A DNA stretch of 64,000 bases, taken from an uncultured Acidobacteriota bacterium. GTDB lineage: Bacteria > Acidobacteriota > Vicinamibacteria > Vicinamibacterales > UBA2999. Location: contig OY970174.1 in NCBI GenBank assembly GCA_963707795.1, forward strand, positions 1,179,359-1,243,358, written 5' to 3'. Under the pieces are notes generated by a model. It was not told the origin of the DNA, ran no database searches, and saw only the letters and a program-made list of their open reading frames with translations. Numbering within the stretch: the first letter of the stretch is position 1; the number at the start of each line of letters is the position of its first letter. The position numbers and the translations under genes were made by a program. Below are positions 42,931 through 51,578 of this stretch, one piece after another.

Positions 42931-44223
42931 TCACGGCCCGGATTGCCGCGGGCCGAAGACGCGATCGTAGACGGCCCGCAACAGGGTCGTCGATCGCCAG
43001 CTCAGCGAGTCGTAGAGCGACTGGATCTGACCACGCGCCGCCACGAGTTCACCCGCCATCACCGCCAATCGATCCGCGTGAACGCCGGCCTGTTGCGCGG
43101 CGTCCCGGTCGCGGGCCTCGAGTGCCGCCTGCAGGCCGGCGATCGCCTCGCCGCCGGCGCGAAGCCGGCTCTCGATGCCGGCCCTGACCTGTTCCTGCGT
43201 CTCGGCGTCGCGCATCAGGCGTGCCACCTCGTGATTCCGCGCATCGAGGTCCCGGGCGAGGCGGGTCACTTCGTGATTGCGGGCGTCGAGTTCGTGCGCC
43301 AGACGCGCCACCTCGTGATTGCGCAGGTCCAGATCGTGGCCCAGTCGTGCGGCATGACGCTCGGCTTGCCCGGCGGCACGCTGCCGCGTCTCCGGCGCGT
43401 CCTCGAGCGCTTCCACGCCGCGATGGCGCAACACGAGGTTCAGCCGGGCGCGTTCCGGATCGTAGCGAGTCAGCGATGCGGCACTGCGGACGAACGTCTG
43501 GCCTTCGGCAAACCGATTGTACTGGCGATGCCACCCGCGCGCGCGCTCGGCGGCGACGAACCGGGGCCGCCGCTCGGCGAAGATCTTGCGCTCGGCGTGG
43601 CGCTGCCCGCGCAGGGGGTAATGCCGCAGCAGGAACCGGATGGGAAACACACGCCGCCCGGAAAAGACCGCTTCGTGACCGCCCGATGACACGAGATCGA
43701 CGGGCAACGCCGTCTGCTTCCAGCACCGGATCTGCAGCTTGTCCCATTCCTGTGCGGGCTCGAAGTACTCAAATGCGGCGCGGATGTCGTCGCCCGCCTC
43801 CTCGCGTGCCTCGGTTGGCCAGAAATTCAGGACCTCGAAGTCGATGGCGTTATAGCCCAGCCGATCCACCCTGGCGATCGCGTCGCGCAAATCGAGTCCC
43901 TCCCACGGCGACTCGCGGAACTCGTCGGCGTCCTGATGCATGAGCCAGTCGGCGTCGAGCGTCCGAGCGAGCTCCTCCTTGCGGCGCAGGATGCGCTCCC
44001 ATTCGTAGGCGGGCGCGCCGGCCTCGTCAGGCGGAAACGGCTCGACCTGCACCATCCCGGCGTCGACGTGCGGCTGAACAGCCGCGGCCGTGCCGTCGGT
44101 GGAGCCGGCGTCGAGCAGATGGACCTTGATGCGCTGCCGCACGAGGTCGTCCACGACCTGGCCGATGATGTCGCGTTCGTTGTAGGCGGCGATAATGGCG
44201 ACGATTCGGCAGTCTGGTTGCAT
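42931..44223 (-). CDS. GT2-like glycosyltransferase with long C-terminal coiled coil containing three tandem 14-aa repeats
   Basis: Starts at ATG 44223 (MQPDCRIVAIIAAYNERDIIGQVVDDL...LLDAGSTDGT...HQDADEF). The coiled coil includes LDLRNHEVARLAHE LDARNHEVTRLARD LDARNHEVARLMRD. The protein ends DSLSWRSTTLLRAVYDRV. The track ORF extension to 44508 is not supported. Confidence 0.78.
   Translation of the reverse strand: MQPDCRIVAIIAAYNERDIIGQVVDDLVRQRIKVHLLDAGSTDGTAAAVQPHVDAGMVQVEPFPPDEAGAPAYEWERILRRKEELARTLDADWLMHQDADEFRESPWEGLDLRDAIARVDRLGYNAIDFEVLNFWPTEAREEAGDDIRAAFEYFEPAQEWDKLQIRCWKQTALPVDLVSSGGHEAVFSGRRVFPIRFLLRHYPLRGQRHAERKIFAERRPRFVAAERARGWHRQYNRFAEGQTFVRSAASLTRYDPERARLNLVLRHRGVEALEDAPETRQRAAGQAERHAARLGHDLDLRNHEVARLAHELDARNHEVTRLARDLDARNHEVARLMRDAETQEQVRAGIESRLRAGGEAIAGLQAALEARDRDAAQQAGVHADRLAVMAGELVAARGQIQSLYDSLSWRSTTLLRAVYDRVFGPRQSGP
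43219..43344. repeat. Three imperfect tandem 42-bp repeats inside the coiled-coil coding region of CDS 42931..44223
   Basis: Units lie at 43219-43260, 43261-43302 and 43303-43344. They share the core g(c/t)cac(c/t)tcgtgatt(c/g)cg. On the minus strand each encodes 14 aa: LD(L/A)RNHEV(A/T)RL(A/M)(H/R)(E/D). Confidence 0.85.
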
Positions 44224-44293
44224 CGTTCCGGTCCTTGCCGCAGCGCTCCAGCCTTCTCCCGTGGGAGCGCGGGGACCGCGCCGCTCGCAGCGA

Positions 44294-45644
44294 TCAGCCC
44301 GCCCCGCCACGACGGCCGGAAGCGAGCGACCGCTCGATATGCGATCGGTAGATACGATACGTCGCGTCGGCGTCTTCGTCGACGCCGCGGACTGCGCCGA
44401 TGCCCGCCCGCAGCGCCGGCAGGAGCGCCGGTTCGTCGAGCAGCCGCAGCAACGCGGCGCGAAGGCCGGACACGCTGCCGGCGGCGAACAGGAGTCCGTT
44501 CTCGCCATGGCGCACGAGCTCGGCCATCCCGCCGATGTCGGAGGTCACGACTGGAATGCCGGCGGCGAGGGCCTCGCGGATGACGAGTGGCGAGTTCTCG
44601 AGCCAGATGGACGGCGCGACCAGCACGTCGATCGACCGCAGGGCGTCGGGGACGCGCGCGTGGGGAATGGATCCCATGTGGTGCACGCCCGGAATGGCCA
44701 ACAGCGGCGCGAGCTCGTGGCGATAACTGTCGTCGCCGTGATAGCCGACCGGATCGCCGTAGACGTGTAGGGAGGCGCGCGGGTGCAGCGGCGCGAACGC
44801 CTCGAGCAGGACGTGCGCCCCCTTCGAGATCATCAGGCTGCCGAGGAAACCGAGGCGGAGCCGATCGGCGGGGGAGGGCCGTGCGTCCGCGAGCCGCGCC
44901 AGGTCGATGCCGTAGTCGTGGCGCACCATCCGATCGTCGGGAATGCCGAACTCGAGGAAGCGCTGCTGCATCGTCCGGGAGGGGGCGAGGAACTGGTCCA
45001 CCTGGCGGCAGATCGCCCGCATGTGCCGCAGCCGTTTCCAGGACTGGCGCCGTCCGGCCTCACGGCGGGCGAGGTCGCCAAGGGCGCGGCAGGCCCGCAG
45101 GCGCAGCGGGTTGTCGTGGCCGGCACCGGCGCCCTCGCTGCCGACCACGCGCTGCGACGTGCCGACACACCGGCCGCAGCCGAACGGGTAGGGCCCGCGG
45201 CACAGGCGGTAGTCGAGGTCCAGCAGTTGCCCACGATGGCAGATCATCCAGAAATCGTGCAGCGTGAACACGATGGGGACGCGGCGTCGGGTGAGCTCGA
45301 CGACCAGATCCGTGGACAGGCAGGTGAGGTGATGCACGTGGGCGACGTCCGGGCGCACCTCGTCGATGAGGGCGCTGCCGAGCGCGCGGATGGGCGGATT
45401 GCGGTAGCTCTCCTCGAGGGACGTGGTCAGGCGGAACAGGTTGTTGACGCGGACGGTGTCGATGCCATCGACGACCTCGCGCCGGGTCGCATACTCGGGG
45501 CGCGCCGGATTCCGCCTCGCGCGTGAACACCACGACCTCGGCCTGGTGCCGGCGCTGCAGCGCGGCCGCCAGGCCGTGCGCGTAGACCTCGGTGCCCCCC
45601 ATCGCCAGCGGGGGGAAGCCATGAACGATGAACAGGACCCGCAT
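44294..45644 (-). CDS. Family 4 (GT-B) glycosyltransferase; 1-nt insertion in a C/G run near 45498
   Basis: The N-terminus MRVLFIVHGFPPLAMGGTEVYAHGLAAAL...FTREAESGAP lies in the frame of ORF 45060..46751. It continues as EYATRREVVDGIDTVRV... in ORF 44294..45622. A Cys-rich insert (CRGPYPFGCGRC) and the GT4 motif PSIWLENSPLVIREALAAGIPVVTSDIGGMAELV are present. Confidence 0.85.
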
Positions 45645-46588
45645 CAGACGCCCTTGACGTGCAGCAGCCGCCAGCCCCTGGCCGCCCACAGTCCTCCCAG
45701 GTATTGGCCCAGCGGATACGCGAAGGCGAGCGTCATCGTCCGCAGCGCCGCGCGCAGCGAGGGCGGGCGGTCGTCGCGGACGAGACAGCGGGCGTGGGCC
45801 GGGACCATCACCGTGAACGCCCAGAACAGGTGGCGCAGGCTCGGAATCGTCCGCACGCCAAACAGGTGATGCAGGCGATGGTGGACGAGGTACTCGCGCT
45901 TCAACTCGTACAGGGGAGACCGATCGTGGGAGTGGCGGACACCAGCGGCGGGAGTGTAGGCAATCCGGTAGCCGGCCTGCAGCACCTCCAACGCCCATTC
46001 GAGGTCCTCGGCAATCCGCGTCTCGCGAAACGGGATGCGCTCCCAGACCGACCGTCGCACGCACGAACAGACATCGTCGAAGGTGCACAGATCGAGTTGT
46101 TCCAGTGGCGGCCGGGCGGCGAACTCGGTCGGCGACACGATCGCCGCCGTCCGCGGGGCGTCTCCCAGGCCCATCCAGCTGCGCGTGTAGTAATAGCGCG
46201 TAATGGCGCTGGCGTCGTCGCGCGGATGCTGGCGCGCGAACGTCCCGGCGACCGTCGCATCGGCCAGGAGCGGCCGCGTGAGCTCGGCGAGCCACGTGGG
46301 ACCGATCGGGACGGCATCCTGGACCAGGAGCACGACGTGTTCGCCGCGGCAGGCGGCGATCCCGTGATTGCGGGTGAGCCCGTGATTGAACGCGGCCGGC
46401 GAAACGTCGATCAGACGATCGACACGCACCGCGAGCAGCTCGCGCGTGCCGTCGGTAGACCCGGAGTCCACGGCCACCACCTCGAAGGGCCAGTCGGTAT
46501 CCTGCGCGGCGATGCCGTCGAGCACGCCGGGCAGCGTGGCGGCACCGTTGTAGGTCAGGATCAGCACCGAGACCGTTGGGCTCGTCAT
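45644..46588 (-). CDS. Family 2 glycosyltransferase
   Basis: Starts at ATG 46588 (ATGA overlap with the upstream stop). Contains MTSPTVSVLILTYNGAATLPGVLDGIAAQ, VVAVDSGSTDGT, LLVQDAVP and AEDLEWA. Confidence 0.85.
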   Translation of the reverse strand: MTSPTVSVLILTYNGAATLPGVLDGIAAQDTDWPFEVVAVDSGSTDGTRELLAVRVDRLIDVSPAAFNHGLTRNHGIAACRGEHVVLLVQDAVPIGPTWLAELTRPLLADATVAGTFARQHPRDDASAITRYYYTRSWMGLGDAPRTAAIVSPTEFAARPPLEQLDLCTFDDVCSCVRRSVWERIPFRETRIAEDLEWALEVLQAGYRIAYTPAAGVRHSHDRSPLYELKREYLVHHRLHHLFGVRTIPSLRHLFWAFTVMVPAHARCLVRDDRPPSLRAALRTMTLAFAYPLGQYLGGLWAARGWRLLHVKGV

Positions 46589-47961
46589 GGGGCGGCGGCG
46601 GCCCCGTGACGGCGCGCAACGACACGGGCATAGACCGCCTCCCACTCGCGCGCGTCCTCGTCCATGGCCTTGACCGCCGGTGCCCGCGCACCCAGGCGGC
46701 GCACCAGTGCGGGATCCGCGACCAATCGCTGCAGCGCCCCGGCGAGCGCATCGGGCGAGAACGCGTCGTAGAGAAACCCGTTGACGCCGTCGCTGACCAG
46801 ATCGACGATGCCGCCGCTGCGAGCGCCGATCACGGGAAGGCCGGCCATGAACGCCTCGTGGATGACCAGCGGCGAGTTCTCCATCCACAGCGAGGGCACC
46901 ACCAGGACATCGATCTGGCCGTAGGCCCGGGCGGCACCGGCGGTCTCGAAGCGGCCCATGAATCGCACGGGATACCCCGCGGCGCGCGCGCGCAGCCCGG
47001 CGACGTAGTCAGGGAACACCTCGACGTCGCCAAACAGAATGAGCTCGAACGTGCCAGGCGGCAGGCGCTGGATCGCCTCGACCAGCACGTGCACGCCCTT
47101 GTGCCAGACGAGCGTGCCGACGAAGCCAATCCGCAGCGGCGCGCCGCGAGGCGTCGGGGTCTTCGCCGGGCTCTGCGCGAGCGGCACGAAGCCGTAATCG
47201 GCCACGTGAATCTTGTCGGCGGGCAGGCCGAGCCGGACGTACTCCGCGCCGAGCGCCGGCGACGGCGCGACGAAGAGCGACACGGCGTCGAACACTTCGG
47301 CGACCTTGGCGAGGCGTCGGCGGATGGCGTCCGGGGTCGGCCGCAGCCGTGCGGCTGCCGGCTGGTTCACCCGGGTCAGCAGCCGCGCCGCGCGCGCCGG
47401 CAGCGAGGCCGCGACAGCCGGGACCGAGAGCAGCCGGGCGGCCGGCGTGTGGATGGCCATCTGATGGTGAAACGGCGATTGCGGGAAGCAGCGGCTGCAG
47501 CGATCGACGTCGATCGTTTCGCACACGTGCGCCTCGGCGAGATGCACCCGCTGGCCACCCGATGGGCAGACCAGCGTGTAGTCGTGCAGGGTGGCCACGC
47601 TCGGAATGCCGCGCGCGCGAGCGAGGGCGGGCAGATCCATCGACAGGTTGAGCAGGTTGTGGATGTGCAGGAGGTCCGGCCGGACGTTGTCGAGCACCCG
47701 ATCGAGCTGCCGGTTCAGCCGCGGCGAGGCGTAACTGTGCGCAAAGGCCGGGAAGCGCCAGTTGTTCACGATCTCGACGATGGGGAGCGCCTCGTGCTGC
47801 CGCCAATGCAGCGATCCGTGCCGCCGGCCGCCGTCGTACTCCGCGCACAGAACGTAGATGCCGTGTCGGCGGGCGAGTGCGCGGCACAACTGGAAGGCAT
47901 AAATCTCCGACCCGGCCTGATGGCGGGGGAGAAAATCGTGAATGACGTGCAGGACTCGCAT
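46585..47961 (-). CDS. Family 4 (GT-B) glycosyltransferase
   Basis: 458 aa with MRVLHVIHDFLPRHQAGSEIY, a Cys-rich insert (CPSGG...CETIDVDRCSRC) and PSLWMENSPLVIHEAFMAGLPVIGARSGGIVDLV. It is a paralog of 44294..45644. Confidence 0.88.
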   Translation of the reverse strand: MRVLHVIHDFLPRHQAGSEIYAFQLCRALARRHGIYVLCAEYDGGRRHGSLHWRQHEALPIVEIVNNWRFPAFAHSYASPRLNRQLDRVLDNVRPDLLHIHNLLNLSMDLPALARARGIPSVATLHDYTLVCPSGGQRVHLAEAHVCETIDVDRCSRCFPQSPFHHQMAIHTPAARLLSVPAVAASLPARAARLLTRVNQPAAARLRPTPDAIRRRLAKVAEVFDAVSLFVAPSPALGAEYVRLGLPADKIHVADYGFVPLAQSPAKTPTPRGAPLRIGFVGTLVWHKGVHVLVEAIQRLPPGTFELILFGDVEVFPDYVAGLRARAAGYPVRFMGRFETAGAARAYGQIDVLVVPSLWMENSPLVIHEAFMAGLPVIGARSGGIVDLVSDGVNGFLYDAFSPDALAGALQRLVADPALVRRLGARAPAVKAMDEDAREWEAVYARVVARRHGAAAAP

Positions 47962-48022
47962 CGGGCCCGATCAGCGCGCGCCGGCCTCGGCGACCGCTGG
48001 CCCTGCGATACAATCGAGCGCC

Positions 48023-48817
48023 ATGCTGTCGACGGCGAGCGCGCTGGGATGGGTGGCGCGGCGCGCCCATGGTCGCGACCTGCTGCGCGAGCTGATCGCC
48101 CGCGACCTGAAGCTGCGATACCGCGGCTCGGCGCTGGGCATGGCCTGGACGCTGCTCAACCCGGTGATCGAGCTGCTGGTGCTGCTCTTCATCTTCAGCG
48201 TGGTGCTCCCCGTCGAGATTCCCAACTACTCGGCCTTCCTGTTCACCGGGCTGCTGGTCTACAACTGGTTCTCGTCGGCCCTGATGTTCGCCACCGGCGC
48301 CGTGGTCAACAATCGCGAGCTGATTAAGCGGCCGGGCGTGCCGTTCGTCATCCTGCCGATGGTCACCGTGGCGAGCACGCTGGCCCATTTTATCCTCGCG
48401 CTGCCGGTCCTGTTCGGGTTGCTGCTCGCCAGCCGCATCGAGCTCACCGGCCTCGTTTTCCTCCTGCCGGTCGTCATGGCGGTGCAGTTCGTGTTGACCG
48501 TGAGCCTCGCCTATCCGTTGGCCACCGTCCACGTCTGGTTCCGGGACACCCAGCATTTCCTGCGCGTCGGCCTCCAGCTGCTGTTCTACCTGACGCCAAT
48601 CTTCTACGAGGCCAGCATGATTCCGGAGCGCTGGCAAACGGCCTATCACCTGAACCCGATGGTCTACGTGATCGAGTCCTATCGATCCGTGCTGCTGTAC
48701 GGACGGCCGCCCGACTGGGGCCCGTTGCTGGTGGTGACTGCGATCAGCGGAGGCGTCCTCGCCCTGGCCCTCGCCGCCTTTCGACGCGCCAGCAGCCGAT
48801 TCGCCGACGAGTTGTGA
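48023..48817 (+). CDS. wzm: ABC-2 type polysaccharide/teichoic-acid export permease (Wzm/TagG-like)
   Basis: Starts at ATG 48023 within ORF 47942..48817. Contains LIARDLKLRYRGSALGMAWTLLNPV and six hydrophobic helices. It lies immediately upstream of the ATPase gene, with a GTGA overlap. Confidence 0.88.
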   Translation: MLSTASALGWVARRAHGRDLLRELIARDLKLRYRGSALGMAWTLLNPVIELLVLLFIFSVVLPVEIPNYSAFLFTGLLVYNWFSSALMFATGAVVNNRELIKRPGVPFVILPMVTVASTLAHFILALPVLFGLLLASRIELTGLVFLLPVVMAVQFVLTVSLAYPLATVHVWFRDTQHFLRVGLQLLFYLTPIFYEASMIPERWQTAYHLNPMVYVIESYRSVLLYGRPPDWGPLLVVTAISGGVLALALAAFRRASSRFADEL

Positions 48818-50106
48818 CACCCCCCGCCATCGTTGTCAGCCACGTCAGCAAGCAGTTCCGCCGCTACCACCCGGACCGGCCGTGGACCCTGCAGGAGGCG
48901 CTGGCGCAGGGCTGGCGGCGCCTGCGACCGGTCGAGACGTTCTGGGGGTTGCGCGACGTCAGCTTTACCGTCGGCGTCGGACGCACCGTGGGCATCATCG
49001 GCGCCAATGGCTCCGGCAAGTCGACGCTGTTGCGGTTGATCGGCGGCGTCGGCCGCCCCGACGGCGGGCGGATCGCGGTGCGCGGGCGGATCGGCGCGCT
49101 GCTCGACCTCGGCGCGGGCTTCCACCCGGACCTGACCGGACGGGAGAACGCCGTATTGGCCGGCGTCCTGGCCGGGCTGACGCGCGAGGAAGTAATGGGA
49201 CGCCTGGACGCGATCGTCGCGTTTGCCGAGGTCGAAAAGTTCATCGACAACCCGCTGCGCACCTACAGCACCGGCATGCAGATGCGGCTGGCGTTCTCGA
49301 CCGCGGTGCACGCCGATCCCGAAGTGCTGCTCATCGACGAAGTGCTGTCGGTCGGCGACGTCGCGTTTCAGCGCAAGTGCCTGGATCGGATCGAGCAGTT
49401 CAAGGCCCGCGGCTGTTCCATCCTGCTGGTGTCGCACGAAGCGTCGGCGATTCGCGACATCTGCGACGAGGCCCTGTGGCTGCATGGCGGTCATTTGATG
49501 GCGCTCGGGGCGGCGCCCGAGGTGGTACGGCATTACCTGGTCCACATCACCGGCGGCGAGCCGGCCGCGGAGCTGCTGGACGATGTGCCCGCGCCACCGG
49601 GCGTCAGCCCGCATCCCACCGTCCGCACCCGGGACGGCGCTGAGGTGGTCCTCGACGAGCAGCGCTTCGGTTCGGTGGAACTGCAGATCGCCGACGTGCG
49701 CGTGCTCGAGCATGACGGCCAGCACGCCGGCGACTTCCGCCCCGGCGAGCCGGTAAACATCGAGATCGCGTATCAGGTCACCGAGCGGCTGGTCGGCCCG
49801 ATCTTCGCCGTACGGTTCCTCCGCGGCGACGGCGTCGTCTGCGTGGACCTGAACAGCGAGATGTCGGCGCTCAGCGCGTCGGTGATCGAGGGCGCCGGCA
49901 CCGCCATCCTCCACATCGAGCGGCTCGATCTGGCTGAGGGAACGTACACGATCGACGTCGCCTGCTATGCGAATGGCTGGACCTACGCCTACGACTATCG
50001 CGCGTCGGTCCATACCCTGACAGTTGGCCGCGGCGAACCGACGAGCGCGGTGTTGTCCGCGCCACATCATTGGGAGGTGTCCGGCGTCGAGCAGGCGGAG
50101 CCCTGA
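48814..50106 (+). CDS. wzt: Polysaccharide ABC exporter ATP-binding protein with C-terminal beta-rich (Wzt_C-like) domain
   Basis: 430 aa with Walker A GANGSGKST, signature YSTGMQMRL and Walker B LLIDEVL. The ~170-aa C-terminal extension (VELQIADVRVLEHDG...GEPVNIEIAY...TYTIDVACY) has the size and pattern of Wzt carbohydrate-binding domains. Confidence 0.88.
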   Translation: MTPPAIVVSHVSKQFRRYHPDRPWTLQEALAQGWRRLRPVETFWGLRDVSFTVGVGRTVGIIGANGSGKSTLLRLIGGVGRPDGGRIAVRGRIGALLDLGAGFHPDLTGRENAVLAGVLAGLTREEVMGRLDAIVAFAEVEKFIDNPLRTYSTGMQMRLAFSTAVHADPEVLLIDEVLSVGDVAFQRKCLDRIEQFKARGCSILLVSHEASAIRDICDEALWLHGGHLMALGAAPEVVRHYLVHITGGEPAAELLDDVPAPPGVSPHPTVRTRDGAEVVLDEQRFGSVELQIADVRVLEHDGQHAGDFRPGEPVNIEIAYQVTERLVGPIFAVRFLRGDGVVCVDLNSEMSALSASVIEGAGTAILHIERLDLAEGTYTIDVACYANGWTYAYDYRASVHTLTVGRGEPTSAVLSAPHHWEVSGVEQAEP

Positions 50107-50114
50107 CGGGGCCG

Positions 50115-51545
50115 TTACGTCCGGGCGTCCGGCGGCGGCCGCGGCGTGTGGTCACCCGCGGCGCCGTCGCGGGCCGGGCCCCCGCCCAGCAGGTCGCGCA
50201 GGCGCTGGTGAAACACCCGTTCGCCGGCGTCCGCGTCGAACCATTGCCGCACGCGGCTCGCGGCGGCGCGTCCGAGCACGGCCCGTCGCGACGGATCGGC
50301 AGCGAGCGACGCAATCGCCTCGGCGAGTGCCGCCGGATCGCGCTGCGCGACGATTACGCCGTTGCGGTCGTGCTCGACGATTTCGGGGATCGACCCGGCG
50401 TCGGTGGCGACCACCGGCAGCCCCGATGCCATCGCTTCCAGCAGCGCTGTCGGCAGACCGTCCTTGTCGCCGGTTTCGGTCTCGATGAATGGCGCCGCGA
50501 AGACATGGGCGGTGGCGAACCACGCGTTGATCTGGTCTTCCGACTGGCGGCCGCGCAGATGGACCAGGCCCCCGAGGTCGAGCGCACGGATGGTCCGCGC
50601 CAGCTCGTGCGCATAGACCCGGCTCGCCCGGCTGCCGTCCACCCCGCCCAGCACATTCACCTCGAGGCGCACGCCATGGTCCGCGAGCAGCCGCACCGCC
50701 TGTACCAGGTATTGCAGGCCCTTCTTCGGCTCGATGCGGCACAGCGAAACCACCCGAAACAGTTCGGCGCCATTCGGATTCGGGCGATCGACGAGAGGAA
50801 AGGCGGCGGCGTTGATGCCGTTTGGCTTGACGAGAATCCGCGCCGCGCTCATCGCCGGTTCGAGCGCGAGCAACTCGCTCCGGATTCGATCCGACGTGGC
50901 AATCACGATCTGACTCTGCCGGAGGTGTGCCCCCACCATCTTGAGCGGGTAATCGTCGAGCATGTGGTCGGCGTAACAGCTCACGCCGCGCGGGATCTCC
51001 AGCAGCACCGAGGCAACCAGCGCGAAGAGCGTGCCCTCATAGAAGAAATACGAATGCAGGTAGCGCGGGCGGTAGGCCTCGACCATCCGGGCGAAGGCGA
51101 ACGCCTGGGCCACGTGCGGGTGGGCGCGCAGCGCCAGTGCCGGCAATCCCGACGCGCGGCCGAGCAGGGCCATCAGCGCGTCGAGCCGTTCCGGCTTGCG
51201 GCGCTCGAAGTATCGGAAGCTCTGCTCGCACACGGCCCGGTGCAGCAGCAGCCGCCGCCTGGCGTGCCACAGCGGGCGGAACTGCGAGGGAAACGGATCG
51301 CGCCGGTTGAGGTGGGAGTAGAAGAATCTCACCGCAAACCCGGCCTTGATGAGCTGGGTGAGTTCCTGATAGACGAACGACTGCGAGTAGATGGGAAAGC
51401 TCCAGCAGGCCGTCGCCACGACGCGCGGCCGTCCGGCGGATCGGCCGAGCGCCGCGCGGCGCCGCTCGGCGCGCAGCCGCAGCAACTGCAGCGCAAAGAC
51501 GATCTTCGCGCTCAGCGCCAGCACGCGATACGCGACGAACCGCAC
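50115..51545 (-). CDS. Family 4 (GT-B) glycosyltransferase
   Basis: 476 aa with FRVVSLCRIEPKKGLQYLV and FIETETGDKDGLPTALLEAMASGLPVVATDAGSIPEIV. Confidence 0.85.
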   Translation of the reverse strand: MRFVAYRVLALSAKIVFALQLLRLRAERRRAALGRSAGRPRVVATACWSFPIYSQSFVYQELTQLIKAGFAVRFFYSHLNRRDPFPSQFRPLWHARRRLLLHRAVCEQSFRYFERRKPERLDALMALLGRASGLPALALRAHPHVAQAFAFARMVEAYRPRYLHSYFFYEGTLFALVASVLLEIPRGVSCYADHMLDDYPLKMVGAHLRQSQIVIATSDRIRSELLALEPAMSAARILVKPNGINAAAFPLVDRPNPNGAELFRVVSLCRIEPKKGLQYLVQAVRLLADHGVRLEVNVLGGVDGSRASRVYAHELARTIRALDLGGLVHLRGRQSEDQINAWFATAHVFAAPFIETETGDKDGLPTALLEAMASGLPVVATDAGSIPEIVEHDRNGVIVAQRDPAALAEAIASLAADPSRRAVLGRAAASRVRQWFDADAGERVFHQRLRDLLGGGPARDGAAGDHTPRPPPDART

Positions 51546-51578
51546 CGTGTCACCTCCTGCGCCGACCGGGCCGGGCGC

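Noticed and set aside
43219-43344. Tandem repeats as a possible CRISPR or minisatellite locus
   Set aside because: The units are contiguous with no spacers. They are in frame and lie inside a coding coiled coil, so this is not a CRISPR array.
45497-45500. Phase variation of glycosyltransferases through homopolymer slippage
   Set aside because: The tracts at the shift sites are only 3-4 nt (or not homopolymeric at all, e.g. tacAtac, gagAatc). This is much shorter than known contingency tracts.
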